From Podarcis vaucheri (taxonomy: Eukaryota): DNA of 64,000 nt. The translations under genes were made by a program, and so were the position numbers. The notes below the pieces were generated by a model, which saw only the letters and a program-made list of their open reading frames with translations, searched no databases and was not told the origin of the DNA. The number at the start of each line of letters is the position of its first letter. Position 1 is the first letter of the stretch. Of the stretch, positions 1 to 13,009 are shown piece by piece. Where the stretch lies: the NCBI GenBank assembly GCA_965113315.1, contig OZ220364.1; one strand, 5' to 3'.

Positions 1-915
1 CAGCCAACGATAGGCAGAGCTCCATCCTCCTCACAGCTGTGTTCTGCAAGGGTAACACCGAGACTAAGGGGGAGGAAGGTGACAGCCAGGGCCACCATTT
101 GGAATGGTTGCAAGTAAAACAGGAGGCTGGCTGAAGTTGCTGAGACATTGCCCTCTTTGCACTAATAGTCTCAATTGATAAAATGTGATGCAACAGCAGG
201 ACAGGTTTCAGGAGGGGCACCATTTTCTTGCTCCCAGCCTCTCTTAGCTATGCTGTGACAATGGATTCCAGATATTTAAATGCCCAAGGACCAGGAATTG
301 GGTGAAAGTTTGGAGCCAGGGGCCAACAGCAAGGGGTAACCTCATTTCTACACAGCAAGACTTGGAGGGAAAGATCCCTCCCATTGGGTTCAGTTTGGCT
401 TATTCTCACATCACGAGTGTTTAGCGGCATCACTGCACAGGGCCCGGTTCTGTTTTGTCCTTGAGGGCTTGAGTTCCAATAATCATTATTTTAAAAGTGC
501 ACATGGTGTTTGTGTTTTGGGGTTTCCTACGAACAGGATAAAAATGGGGCATGTTGGGAGCTTGGCCCAAGGATCCAATTACCAGCTCCTTGGCATCAGG
601 CAGCAAGTCAGCACAGGCTGGTCACCCGATCCCTACCTGCCAAAACAGCCCGATAAACATGCAGCCTATTAATAACAGAGTGGCACTCAGGACAACGCTA
701 CAAACACTGGCAGAGTTGGGCCTCTCCTTTCAGAAGTCCTGTATCCCTGTCCATTGGAACGTTAATTACTACAGTGCTCACTGCCCACTCCAAAGTGGAT
801 ATCGGGTTCTTGGTCTGTGACCCATGAGGTATCACTCTCCTGCAAGGACTGGGGGATCAAAGCCAGCAATCTTGACTCCAAATGTTCCTTGCACTATTCA
901 GCTTTAGCCTAGGTT

Positions 916-1051
916 AGGTGTGGGGAAACTTTGGCCTTCCTGGTGTTGCTGAACTACAACTCCCATAATCCCTGGCCATTGGCCATGCTCATTGGGGCTG
1001 ATGGGAGTTGTAGTTTGATGGTGCCTGGAGGGCCAGATCTCCCCACTCCTG
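916..1051. mobile_element. Short palindromic MITE-like squamate repeat; related copies at about 5912-6020, 36766-36898, 44640-44776, 48705-48818, 52987-53122, 56764-56883
   Basis: Internal inverted repeat ACAACTCCCAT...ATGGGAGTTGT; the same ~135-bp unit recurs many times in the window. Confidence 0.7.
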
Positions 1052-1069
1052 GCCTAGGGAATGGGAAAG

Positions 1070-1314
1070 GGAGGAGGAGGAGTTTGGATTTGATATCCTG
1101 CTTTATCACTACCCAAAGGAGTCTCAAAGCGGCTAACATTCTCCTTTCCCTTCCTCCCCCACAACAAACACTCTGTGAGGTGAGTGAGGCTGAGAGACTT
1201 CAAAGAAGTGTGACTAGCCCAAGGTCACCCAGCAGCTGCATGTGGAGGAGCGGAGACGCAAACCCGGTTCACCAGATTACGAGTCTACCACTCTTAACCA
1301 CTACACCACACTGG
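1070..1314 (-). mobile_element. tRNA-derived SINE (MIR/CORE-like body, simple-repeat tail)
   Basis: Near-identical reverse complement of 4413-4662; Pol III A-box-like TGGTGTAGTGG head on the minus strand. Confidence 0.85.
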
Positions 1315-1876
1315 GTCGCAATAAAGGAATGGTACTTTGTACATGTTACTGTAATGGCCAGTTCAGACCGGCCCTTCCTGTTAAGGAGCAGGAAGTCTGG
1401 GTAAACCATGCTTGAAGCTTCCTCCATATGGAAGCAGCTCCACACAGAAAGCCAGTCCTGAGTGGACCAGTTTGCCATGTGGATTGACCCTCATCAATTT
1501 ATGGTGGCACCAATGGAAGTCACCTATGACAACAATCATAGTGAGCTTGTACACACAAACCAGCCATCCTCCAGAGTCGCTTTCAAGGAGTCTCCGCAGG
1601 GAGGAAACATGAGGAGCCAGCTTGGTCCATTTCCTTGATGTGTAAGCATCAATAAATTTGTTATTTTAGAACTTCTACATTCTTAGGAATGATTCCTCGC
1701 TTGCTTTCTTGAAAGGATTGTACCACACATATATATTGAGCTGCCTCTTAAGAGTTACTCACCTGGTTAAATTTAAATAAACCATGTGGGAGTGTTCTTG
1801 CTGCATGACTTCTCCTCCTTCCAGTGCTAGACAATGATACATTTTTAATTTTGCCCTTATTTGGATAAAATGACAC

Positions 1877-1919
<43 letters not shown>
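1877..1919. repeat. (TAA)n microsatellite
   Basis: Direct tandem repeat. Confidence 0.95.
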
Positions 1920-1921
<2 letters not shown>

Positions 1922-2569
1922 GCTTGTTTTGTCCCAGAACATATTTTTAGCGCTTAGCCCTGAATCATGATAATAAGTGAGTTCTTCTGAGTAGGAGCAA
2001 AGTCTTTTCCTCACTACTAAGTAAATGCAGACAGCACTAATCTGAGGCAGAGGTTATCACTCGCAGGTAGGTGTGAACGGAGCACCTTTTTGTATATGCA
2101 CTTGAGAACCTCTCTCTCCTTCTGACCAACATTCCTACCAGCAGAGGACAAGGATAGTTCCTTATGCTGAATGACTCAATTGTTTTCTTTGTTTTCTGGG
2201 TTGCATTAGCTCCTTCCGTGCCTTTGAAAAAGAGAATGGTGTTGATCTTCAGCTAGTCAGGCTCAGAGGATAAGTGGCAATTTTAAAAATGCTAATTTTT
2301 AGAAGAGCATGCTATAAAATAATTATTTTATTTCAGAGTTTGTAAGCTGCTCTACATTTAGAGGGTACTTATGTAAAAAAAAAAAAATAGTAACAGCATA
2401 GAAGGTAATGGTTAGGCTAGCATCCCTCTTCCAAATATGCTAGGTTTTTATTTGCAGGGACTGTTCTACATGGGAAGAGGAAAGGAAAGTTAATAGAAGG
2501 AAAGGCGGGTGGGAGAGAAAGAGAAAGAAAGAGGGAAGGAAGGGGGGAAGAGAAGTGGAAAGGAGGGAG

Positions 2570-2945
2570 ACCGAGGCGGGGGAGAAGCGTCTGGAGAGTT
2601 GCTCCGGAGTCTGGGGGGCCGCGGGGGTGGGCGCGCGTCCCAGGAGGCGGAGGCCAGCCCGGGCTGGGAGCCGCGCCGCGGCTCGGGGGCGGAAGGCGGA
2701 CCGCGGCTCCTAGGATGTGGAAAGGGGACGGCGGCGCAGGGGGAGGAGACCCGCACGGCTAGGGCAGCGCGCAGGGGGAGGGGAGCGGGCCGGAGGCGGG
2801 CGAGGGGGGCCGCGATCCTGCGCGCCGCGAACATGGCCTCCTTCCCCGCGGGCCCCGCCGAGCCCCCCGGCCGGGGAGAACGGCGTGCCCCCGCCGCCGG
2901 AGGAGGGCAGAGGCAGGAGGAGGAGGACGAAGGCGCTGCCCGTTG
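2570..2945. promoter_or_regulatory. CpG island; probable promoter or first exon of an unidentified gene, possibly transcribed leftwards
   Basis: Very GC- and CpG-rich block in CpG-depleted surroundings; minus-strand GAGGCCATG at 2834 and candidate donor GCC|GTGCGG after 2757. Confidence 0.6.
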
Positions 2946-4412
2946 AAATCAGACAGTGGGAAAATAACAGGAGAGGGAGAAACTAGGGGAGGGGACAGGA
3001 GGGGAGGGAAGACAAGACAAGACCATGGGCCACTGTGGCCTTTTCGTACAACTGGGGAGGACCACCGGGGAGATTCAAATCTCAGACCATTAAGCTTTCT
3101 TTGGGTCAGCCATTATCATTCAGTCTAACTGCCTCGCAGGCCTGTGGTGAGGAGGGGGAAAATGGCCACCTTGGTATGTCACTTTGAGTTTGTTGGAGGA
3201 ATTGTAGAATATAAATGTAGACAGTAAGCAAATAAAAAAGACTGCACTTGGGAATGACGATTAAGATAAACCAAATCCACAGACAAATACAAAAACTACA
3301 ACCAGGAAGGAATAATAAAGTGCCCTTAGTGAGGATAAGGTGCCATTAATATCGTAAAGTCATAATATATCCAGATGGAGAGACTGGTTTGGCACTAATT
3401 GAAGAGCAGTTTGACATAAGTCATAAAACACAGTCCGTTTCTTCTAAATGTTCCCACGCCACCCTTTCCTTCTCTGATGGGCTAATGAGCTGTCAGCTGA
3501 GCCAAGACTGCTAAGCCTCACAATTTCTCCTGCCATTTCACTTTCAAAGATCTGGCAAATTATTTTCGGTCGCTGTCATGCAGAATTCTTGCTGATGTTG
3601 TAAAAGAGCCAGTCTGCGGCATTTTAGCAACAGTGTCTTCTGGCCCTAGTGGAGTCATGAAAATGTGGAAGTAGGGGAACCTCCTCTTCTCTTGTATTTA
3701 TTTATTGTCCTGACACCCCACACTTCTTCCAAGGAGCCCAGGGATGCCTGCATCGGTGTCGGAGCTGCCCCTCAAGCAGACACAGGGTGGGATCCAGGAC
3801 TCCAAACCAGCAGATCCTGCCATTGCTCAGATCCTGCTATTGCTCAGGGCAGACCTAGAAGCCCATAGTCCAATCTTGGGGCACCTGTGGCCTTCCAGAT
3901 GCCAAGATAACCAATGAGCAGTGATGGTTGGAGTTGCCGTCCACCTGGAAGGGCTGCAAAGAGATCCTGATTCTAGCCCCAACATTTCCTGATAATGGAG
4001 TCCTATGATGAGCCAGTCAAAGGGGCCTTACCTAGAACTAGCATCTAACTGAAGACAGGAGCTCTTTTATAGGGTGGTCCTGGAGAACCCGAGCTCTGCT
4101 TCTCTGGCAGTGGTCCCTGGATCCCCTGGGGAAATAAAAAAGTATTTTTACTTTTCTTCTAGAGCAGCTGAGCATGCTGCAAAAGGCTGTGCTGGTGAGA
4201 TCCTAGCCAGCCATCATCTTAATTTACCACCAGGCATCTCTGAGTATAAATTAGCATATGCAAATATGTATCACGGGCCCTGGGTCCTTTAAGTACCTAG
4301 GAACACTCCTGCCTGCCTGATTGCATTTTAAAAGCAATCATGCTCCTGGTAGTGGAAACACACTGGAAGATGTACAGGGGCTGTGCCTGAAAAGGCTCCC
4401 TCTCTTATGGAC

Positions 4413-4662
4413 GAGAGCCAGTGTGGTGTAGTGGTTAAGAGCGGTGGACTCGTAATCTGGTGAACCAGGTTCGTGTCTCCGCTCTTCCACATGCAGCTGC
4501 TGGGTGACCTTGGGCCAGTCACACTTCTTTGAAGTCTCTCAGCCCCACTTACCTCACAGAGTGTTTGTTGTGGGGGAGGAAGGGAAAGGAGGTTGTGAGC
4601 CGCTTTGAGACTCCTTAGGGTAGTGATAAAGTGGGATATCAAATCCAAACTCTTCTTCTTCT
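4413..4662 (+). mobile_element. tRNA-derived SINE (same family as 1070-1314)
   Basis: A box TGGTGTAGTGG, B-box-like GGTTCGTGTCT, GTGACCTTGGGC core and (TCT)n tail. Confidence 0.85.
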
Positions 4663-5322
4663 GCTTTTCGAGCTAATGTTGACCCCTGTGTCTCAGCAGT
4701 GCAGACAAGGGTGGATGCACTTCAAAGTGGAGAGATCAGCAGGGATTAGTCATATGACTTGTTGCTTCCAACTTGCCCAAGCAGGAGAGCGTTCTAAGGG
4801 CAGCACTCGATTGGTTTCAGTTTCCTTCAGAGCAGAAAGAGCGCTGGAGGCTTATGGTGCTCTTGTAATATTTGGTTTGTACAAGTAGAACATAAGTGGA
4901 GGCAAGCAGCAGGTGCTCCTAACAGGCCTCAGATCCCCTGAGATGCTTCCAGTCTTCAGCTCACAACTCTCTTTCTACTACTGTGTACTCACTATACTGT
5001 ACCTTTATAGAACATTTCCCCCCTCAAATAATCCTGGGCACTGTAGGGTTACCATTCCCAGTAAGCTTTAGCAAACCAGAGTGCCCAAAGTCTGTGTCTC
5101 TTGCCTGCACCCACATCCCTGCCCCTTCTTCCCCCTCCTTTTAACTAGAGAAGGGTGGGATTTGTCACTTTCTCCAGATTCTGATGGCTGTCGCATTCCA
5201 AGCATTCCAGAGAGATTTGCATCAAGAAACCTCTCTTGATTAGCTCCCAGAAAGGAACAGGGGCTGGCCATCCTGGGACATTCAGAAAGATTCACACACT
5301 GCTGTCTATCCCAGACTCTGCT

Positions 5323-5475
5323 TGGTAAAGGTAAAGATAAAGGACAAGGACCCATGGATGGGTAAGTCCAGTCAAAGGTGACTATGGGGTGCAGTGCTCA
5401 TCTTGCTTCAAGCCAAGGGACAGGACACTGTGACAAGTGCCAGAGTGCACAGAAACACTGTTTACCTTCCCACAG
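5323..5475 (-). mobile_element. Old degenerate Sauria SINE 3' fragment
   Basis: (AAAGGT)n tail on the + strand followed by decayed similarity to the Sauria SINE body (GCTCATCTTGCTT, TTTACCTTCCC). Confidence 0.55.
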
Positions 5476-5506
5476 GTAGTAGGGCTTGGGGGGGGGCTAA
5501 AGGTAA

Positions 5507-5860
5507 GGGACACGGGTGGCGCTGTGGGTTAAACCACAGAGCCTAGGACTTGCTGATCAGAAGGTCGGCGGTTCGAATCCCCGCGATGGGGTGAGCTCCC
5601 GTTGCTTGGTCCCAGCTCCTGCCAACCTAGCAGTTCGAAAGCACCTCAAAGTGCAAGTAGATAAATAGGTACCGCTCTGGCAGGAAGGTAAACGGCGTTT
5701 CCGTGCGCTGCTCTGGTTCACCAGAAGCGGCTTAGTCATGCTGGCCACATGACCCGGAAGCTGTACGCCGGCTCCCTCGGCCAATAAAGCGAGATGAGCG
5801 CCACAACCCCAGAGTCGGTCATGACTGGACCTAATGGTCAGGGGTCCCTTTACCTTTACT
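5507..5860 (+). mobile_element. Full-length Sauria SINE with target-site duplication
   Basis: tRNA-like head (TGGCGCTGTGG, GGTTCGAATCC), ACCTTT-type tail, TSD TAAAGGTAAGG at 5498-5508 and 5861-5871. Confidence 0.92.
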
Positions 5861-6659
5861 TAAAGGTAAGGCAGGGTTCCCTGACTCACTTTAGTGAACA
5901 ATAGCTACATAAGGGATAGGGAACCTGTGGTTTTCTGGGACAACTCCCATTGCCCCTGACCATTCACTCTAATGACTGGAGTGGATGGGAGTTGTAGTTT
6001 AGCAACATCTGAAGGGTGACATAAGGGATCTGAGGACACACATATCAGTTTAGCAATAAATACATTTTCAGGGAGCTGTTCCTTCCTCCACCTTGGTCGG
6101 ATGTGGTTTATAGATAAAAGGAGGATTTTTGGAGACTATTTCTGAGGGAGAGGAGTGCAAGACTCAGGCGTGTTCCCTTGTGAACAGTAGCAGTCTGAGA
6201 CCAAGACTGCTGCTGACCTTTCTCCAACCCTGGCTTTCTGGTGTGCTGTTGTTTCCAACAGTAATTCTTTGAACAATGATATCAAAGCATTTTTTATTTT
6301 GTTATCGCCAGAGCTTAGAGCTGCAACAAGAAATCGTGCCTGGCAGTGGTGCCGAGTGTGGAAGTCAGATCTAGATGGTTACTGGCAAATGTCCAGCGTG
6401 GCCTTTAGGCTGCAATCCTATAATCACTTTCCTAGGAGTAAGTTCCATTGAACACAATGGCACTTCCTTCTGCGTAGAGATGCATCCTGAGCCTGATCTC
6501 CTCTGTAGAAAACAGCAGTAAAAAGAGCCACTGCTGGTTTCTCAGAAGATAAAAAATAGCGCCTCTGCAACCCAGAGACAGCTAGTCATTCACTGGACTG
6601 CTTTAGTTGATTGAATCAGCTTTCCTTTCTCTGGACTATTTCAGTTGATTGATTGAATC

Positions 6660-6677
6660 AGCCAATCAAGCAGTCAG

Positions 6678-6708
<31 letters not shown>
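6660..6708. repeat. (ATCA)n microsatellite
   Basis: Direct tandem repeat. Confidence 0.85.
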
Positions 6709-8416
6709 CATGCTTTAAAGGGCCTCAAAAACAGGACAATCTTGATAAAATAGTTTTAAGATAAAGAGCATAAATACAGCAGGGGGGCTTTGAGGGGTGG
6801 GTAGGCTGCCAGGGAAGGCTGAATGCTGTGTTTTTTCTACTGCCATGAAGTGCTGTGCTCGCGGCTTTTGTTTTTGCAGCACTTTTATTTTTGCTTATCT
6901 GTTATGCTGTTGTTTGTTGTACTTTCTATTTTTGGTGTTAGCTGCTTGGATTTCTTCAAAGGAAAAAAAAAGATGCCAATTTCAAGCAAGCAAACAAACA
7001 AACACTGTGCAAGAAGCAGACAAATCCAATGTGGACTGAGGTTACCAAAGGATTTGTGACTGTGGTTAGGCTAGGCCTGCTCAGAGCAAAGTAGGGGAGG
7101 CCAACTTCAAATGCACCCCACCGCCCCCAGTAATGAAGGAGTGTGTATTAAGCCCTGCTAATCTCTTTGTATGTTCTATGGTCTCTGTCCCAGGGCAGCT
7201 GTTCAGCCATACTCTTTCAGTAGCTGGATTGGACAGGGTGTGCCCGTCCTTTCACAAATGTGGGAAACCTCACACAGAAGGGGCAGCGGAAGAGGGTAGC
7301 CACTTAGATCAATCTGAGACATACAAATGAAGCTCCCTCACAACAGTCTGGACTATTGGTCCACCAAGCTGTCAAGAGCTAGAGTTAGGAGTAGTTCAGC
7401 AACAAAACATCTGGTACCTGTTAACTCTTTATCCAAAGAAACCAAAACAGTGCAGGCCTAGTAATCACAGCAATTCTTCCCAGTAGGTCTTGCCCCAACG
7501 AGGCAATTGTGAGGACTGAACTCCTGTCAGAAACTGTGGCATACTGTCGTTAGTTAAAGTAGACAATACTGAACAAGATGTGCCATTGGTCTGACTAGGT
7601 ACTGTATATAAGACCACTTGTTATGCTCCTAAACCTGCTAATGTGGCTGGAGACATGCGACAATGGATGGCAGTGACCTGCAGGTTTTTCCCCGGAACAG
7701 GGACAGTCTGTCTGAGCTGTTGGAAATTTGGAAGCTCAGCTGCAATGTCCCCTAAAAGTCCATAGTGTTTCTTAACTTGTCCTGGTGCCAGTTCCTGGTG
7801 TGTAGGCCTGAGAACTTGCCCCAGGCTTAGAAATTACTACCTACAACAACACTGTTTATCAGCTTGGAGTCTGCAGGCTAAGCAGACAGTCTTTGGGCAA
7901 AGGCAAGTGTGTTGGCAAGATCCGTCTGTTGTGTAACTGAAACCAACCAGGGGGAGATGAATGAAGACTTCAAGAGGCCAGTGGAGGGTCAAACAAAGGA
8001 CCAAAACAAATGAAGTGCTGGAGATCCTTGACTGAGTCTCCCAGCATTTCCCCTTTGCTTACCTCAAAGCAGTTACAGAGTGTACTGGAGGAGTTAATCC
8101 TTCCCCCATGCCATTTCCTAGATCTAAGTGCCCCCATCCCAAAGCTGTGCAGCAGGAGAGCGAAAGAGAGGCACATGCAAGTGTCCCTTCTTTTCCCTCT
8201 ACAAAGCGAAGAGCATTGTGGGAAGGTAATTTTGATTAGGGAAGCGCAAGGGGCAGATTTAAGCTGCTCTCTCCCACCATCACTGCTCCAATCAAATTTG
8301 GACCCACCTCTTTTTAGGTAAAAAAATGAATAAATTAGGAGGCTCAGATCATGCATCTCCTGCATCTCATCACTTGCTGTCCCAAAGAGGCCTGTCACTG
8401 GAGCATGCATTCACCT

Positions 8417-8743
8417 GTAAAGCTAAAGGGACCCCTGACCATTAGGTCCAGTTGTGGCTGACTCTGGGGTTGCAGCGCTCATCTCGCTTTATTGGCCGAG
8501 GGAGCCCGCGTACAGCTTTTGGGTCATGTGGCCAGCATGACTAAGCTGCTTCTGGCGAACCAGAGCAGCCCACAGAAACGCCGTTTACCTTCCCTATTTA
8601 TCTACTTGCACTTTGACGTGCTTTCGAACTGCTAGGTTAGTAGGAGCTGGGACTGAGCAACGGGAACTCACCCCATCGTGGCAGTTCGAACCAATGACCT
8701 TCTCATCAGCAAGTCCTAGGCTCTGTGGTTTAACCCACAGTGC
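8417..8743 (-). mobile_element. Sauria SINE with a small internal deletion
   Basis: Reverse complement closely matches 5507-5860. Confidence 0.9.
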
Positions 8744-9442
8744 TGAGTTTGTAGTTAAGGATGCCCAGGTTGCCCCCGGCAAACCTTGCCTATATCGTTG
8801 GGAAAGGGTGAATGGCTGTCGTTCCTTCTCCTGACTTTCAGCCACAGTTATGGCAATCAAGACCAGAGATCTTGAGGCATGTGACTTTGGTATCAGTTGT
8901 ATTTATGACCTACCCCCCAGCTGTCCTGCTTCCCACTTCAAGTGCTTTTGCCCATCTAGGATATGTCATTGAATTCTGATAATGGCTCTTGCTTGCCTGG
9001 GTGGAGGACAAAGAAAGGCATAGGATTGTGAGTAGAAACTAGCCTGCCGTACAGAGGGAAATGTTACATTGGTGGCTCTGCCCCATTTTGCCCCTGGCCC
9101 CACCCACCGCTGGCATGTGGTCCCTGGAAGGTTGCCCAGGCAGGAATGCAGCCCTTGGGCTTAGCAGGGTTCCCCACCCCTTTGTGAAATTAATTTCTGG
9201 TGATGGACATATAGATAGTTCTTGGCAAGTGCTTGTCATTCAGAAAAAAATGGTACTTCTGGCAAGTGCTCAGTATTGGGTCAACGTATGCCTGCCCAAT
9301 GTGACCCATCCTTTTCCATCAGAATTGTTCTTGGCATATTGGCATGTTGCTTTGATGGCTGCTGTCGCTAATGGTGTGATATGTAATGGTTTCTGGGCGA
9401 AGCTTATAACCTCCAGCCTTTAGTTTCCACCCCACTCCAATA

Positions 9443-9668
9443 CAGTGGTCCCTCGGGTTAAGAACTTAATTTGTGCTAGAGGTCCGTTCTTAACCTGAAA
9501 CTGTTCTTAACCTGAGGCACCACGTTAGCTAATGGGGCCTCCTGCTGCCGCCGCACCACTGCTGCGCGATTTCTGTTCTCATCCTGAAGCAAAGTTCTTA
9601 ACCCGAGGTACTATTTCTGGGTTAGCCGAGTCTGTAACCTGAAGCATCTGTAACCCGAGGTACCACTG
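9443..9668. mobile_element. Tc1/mariner (pogo/Tigger-like) MITE
   Basis: TA-flanked terminal inverted repeats CAGTGGT(C)CCTCGGGTTA ... TAACCCGAGGTACCACTG; sister copy at 26823-27040. Confidence 0.88.
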
Positions 9669-12450
9669 TATGTGGAATACAAGCACCAAACAGAGATGCC
9701 CTTGCTTTGGGCAGCCCCATAAAGGAGGTAGCCAGGAAGGAATGGACAAAAATGGAAATGGATGCCTGGACGATGCAAAATTTGTGACGTCTTAGCCCTA
9801 GCCAGGGGGTTGGGCATCTGGGCTGTGCTTCAGGCAACAAAGTGCTTAGGCACTTGCTGCAGCTACAACACACTCAGATTTTTCCTGGAGAAGGTTTGGG
9901 AACGCTGATGCAATGGATCTTGTTAATCTCCTTGTTAAATAAATGCTAATTCCACGCTGCAATAAAGTGAGGCCCCAATCTTATGTACTCACTTACTAAA
10001 GAATAAACATCACCAAACACACGCACAGGGTTGCACTGCCAGGCTCCCCTCCTCCACCCACTTACTATTGAACTCAGGTTGCAATCCTATGCACATTTAC
10101 CTACTCAAATCCCATGGAACTGAATGAGACTTCCTTCCGAATAAACATGCATACAGGCTTGTTCTGCCAATAGGACTCCCTTATTACGAAACCTGCATAA
10201 GGTCTAGCTGCATGTCCCAAATTGGTAAGAATGTAAGAAGTTGCTTTATTCCAAGTCAGACTGATCTATTTAATTTAGTACTGTCCACACTGACTGGCAG
10301 CAGCTCTCAAGGGTTTCAGTCAGGGGCATGGCCAGCATGGGCTCTGCTGCTGAGCTATGATCCTTCCCCTCAAAATAAATAAAGTAAGTTTCTAGTCCTC
10401 GTAGAGCTAAATAAAGGGTGTAATAATTAGATAGGTACGTAGAAATCTGGAAATGTGGCAGACCTTCATTTTGGGTGCTCCTTGACAACCAGTAATAAAG
10501 TCTGGGTAACCACTGTTATCTTCTTCAATGGTATTGCTCCACAACAGATCACTAGTTATTTATTTAACTACTACATCTCAGATTTTGATTAAAATTGCTG
10601 TTATCTCACATGTCGAAGTCACATGTTTCCTATGCCTTGTAGTTTTTGAGTTATGTGGGGGGATTAAAAATAGGGAAATGTTATATACATGCACGAATAA
10701 GGTCGCTTATGGGGCCCCTCCAGGATTAGGGGGCCCCTGAAGCTTAAACTTCATTAAGTTTCATAGTAGATATGCCCCTGCTTATACCAAATCTGGCCAC
10801 TGGTCCATCCAGGGTGGTGGATTTATGCCAGACCCATAGGAACTCTCAGACTTAGCAGGGAAAATTACCCAGTGCTAAACTTCTCCTTGGGAAAATGATC
10901 AGCATCATACAAGAGGCAAGGTAATTCCAAAGCCAAACAGAAGGAGCGAGGAAGCAGAAACAAGCTGCCACATTTCTCCATGTTCTGGAGCTTTGGTGCC
11001 TGGCTGGCTTCCTTTCATTTACCTGCCAGTTGCTTCCGGGCTCTGGGATCCAGGCCTTCATACACAGCTGCACTGTTTAGACTCTTGTGAGGGGAAAATT
11101 GGCAACAACACAGGGCCCAGCTCCCCAGCCCACACACATATTGCTGTCAAGAAGAAATGGTCTATTCCAACCAGAGCTGCAAAACACCACAGACAACCTG
11201 AGTAGGTCTGTTTAGAGGTAGATCAGGGTCGGTTGAATTTCCCCCCAGACAATGAAAGGCTTTGAGCCCATTCAGAGTCCTAACGATCAGCTTTCTTGAG
11301 AACATAATAACCGCCTTTTATAGGCTGCTTTCCTCCACTCACCAAAGGGCAGAATTTAGCACAGGGTTTGTCTACAAGCTTGCCACAAACATTTTACGTA
11401 AGGGCTGGAGAGGGGATTATTTTTCCTTGCCTCCCACTTGGACATTGGCTGAAGCGGAGGAGCCTGACCCCAGAGGCAGCTGCATTTTTCAGAAGCACCG
11501 AATGATCTCTGGGTAGCCCCCGCCACAGACTGTGTCCAGAATGACTCAATGGCTGGTGCCTTTGTATGCTAAGGGACAGCACCTTGCTCCAGGGGAGGGA
11601 AAGGCTGCTGGCACTGAATGAGAAGGCTTTTTGTCCAAGCACAAAAAGACCTGCAGAGATATGAGACAGAGATCCATATCATCACAGGTGTGTAAAAGCA
11701 CCTCCAGCCTGGGGCTAAGAAGCACAGGCAGACACCAAGGGCCTGGTTTTAAATGGTGACAGGGCTTAAAATGGTGTGATCACTGGGGCCTTTTTGACGA
11801 GCTCTGCATGGAAACAGCACATGTCCCAGCTGGGAAACTGAAGGCTAGATTCGTACAATCATTTGTCCCACCAAAAAGAGAACTCTCAACATCCAAGGTC
11901 TTCCATCACAGTTGTGGGCCAGCACTAGTTTGGTTCTGCCCTGATTGTGGAGATTTGCAAAGAATGCACCATCTAGGTTTTTTGCAACAGCAATACCTAC
12001 ATGGATCTCTAGTGCAAGGCGACTCCTCCAAAGCTTCACCTCATGACAGGGAGAAAGGGATCACAGCAGAGAAAAGGGATTGTATGCATCTGCTGTGAAG
12101 CCACATTCATCACACAATCACATGGAAAGTCCTTCAACTACCGCAGAGGTGGTACAAAACTTGCTTTTTGTATGTGTGTGTGTGAACCCTGGGCTGGGGG
12201 GGGGTGCACACGCTTTTTTGGCCAAAAGGCAGAACAGAAATAAACTCTAACAATGACAACACATTTTCATCACCTCCGAGTGATTTCAGTTTAGTTCGTC
12301 ACTTGGTGAGGGCAGCATAGGATGATGAGCTTTGTTCATGACTCAGGCACTGCAGATCAGACAACACTGGCAGCCGCCACTGCATCAGCACAACTGCAAT
12401 ATTCTTTAGTGGGAATGGTTAACTTGCTCGGTACTCCTGGTCACACTTTC

Positions 12451-12800
12451 TTTTTTTGAGTTTTATTTATTTATTAATGTTCTTATGTTACATTGGTAAA
12501 CATTATCATATTACATAACAAGGCTTATTATAATTTAATTTTCAACATGTATACAAAGTTTATATACCTAAAGAAAAGCAACAAGGACAAAAAAACTATT
12601 CCAAAATCATATATGTACCAACACTTTGGACTTCCTGTCTATCCCGTTTTATATAACTTTTTTACAAATGAATGTACTCTTATTATTGTATATTTCTTTA
12701 CATTTTATCTAATACATTCCTATATCAATATGTACCCTTTCAGGGGCTTGGTCTTATTTCTCAACTCAGTCTTTCTCCAACGTCAATCGAATGCTAGCAT
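12451..12800 (-). mobile_element. 5'-truncated poly(A)-tailed non-LTR retroelement insertion (L1/Tx1-like 3' end)
   Basis: Begins with a T-rich tract on +, is AT-rich, and is flanked by a 16-bp TSD TCCT(G/A)GTCACACTTTC at 12435-12450 and 12801-12816. Confidence 0.7.
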
Positions 12801-13009
12801 TCCTAGTCACACTTTCAGGGGCCTGGTCATCCAGCCACGAGAGGCTGAGCGACACAGGTGCTCTTACACTCCTGTGTGTCCAGCACAGCAATCCCAGATG
12901 TGTTCACTCAGGGTAGCCCAAAATATTTTGGTACCTGAGGCAAACCACAAAATGGCATGCCTCCTCCCCCAAGGGAACAAGAAGTGGACATTGACAAGGA
13001 TGAGAATTG

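Noticed and set aside
1-1830. Possible minus-strand exons (acceptor near 64; segments 637-665 and 1763-1826)
   Set aside because: Phases are inconsistent with the candidate first exon or contain stops, and no recognisable protein results.
1748-2014. Poly-Tyr ORF (and poly-Ile ORFs at 48674-48925)
   Set aside because: Translations of (TAA)n microsatellites.
5507-5590. tRNA-like sequences with A and B boxes (also near 4415, 27640, 34755)
   Set aside because: They are SINE heads continuing into SINE bodies and tails, not tRNA genes.
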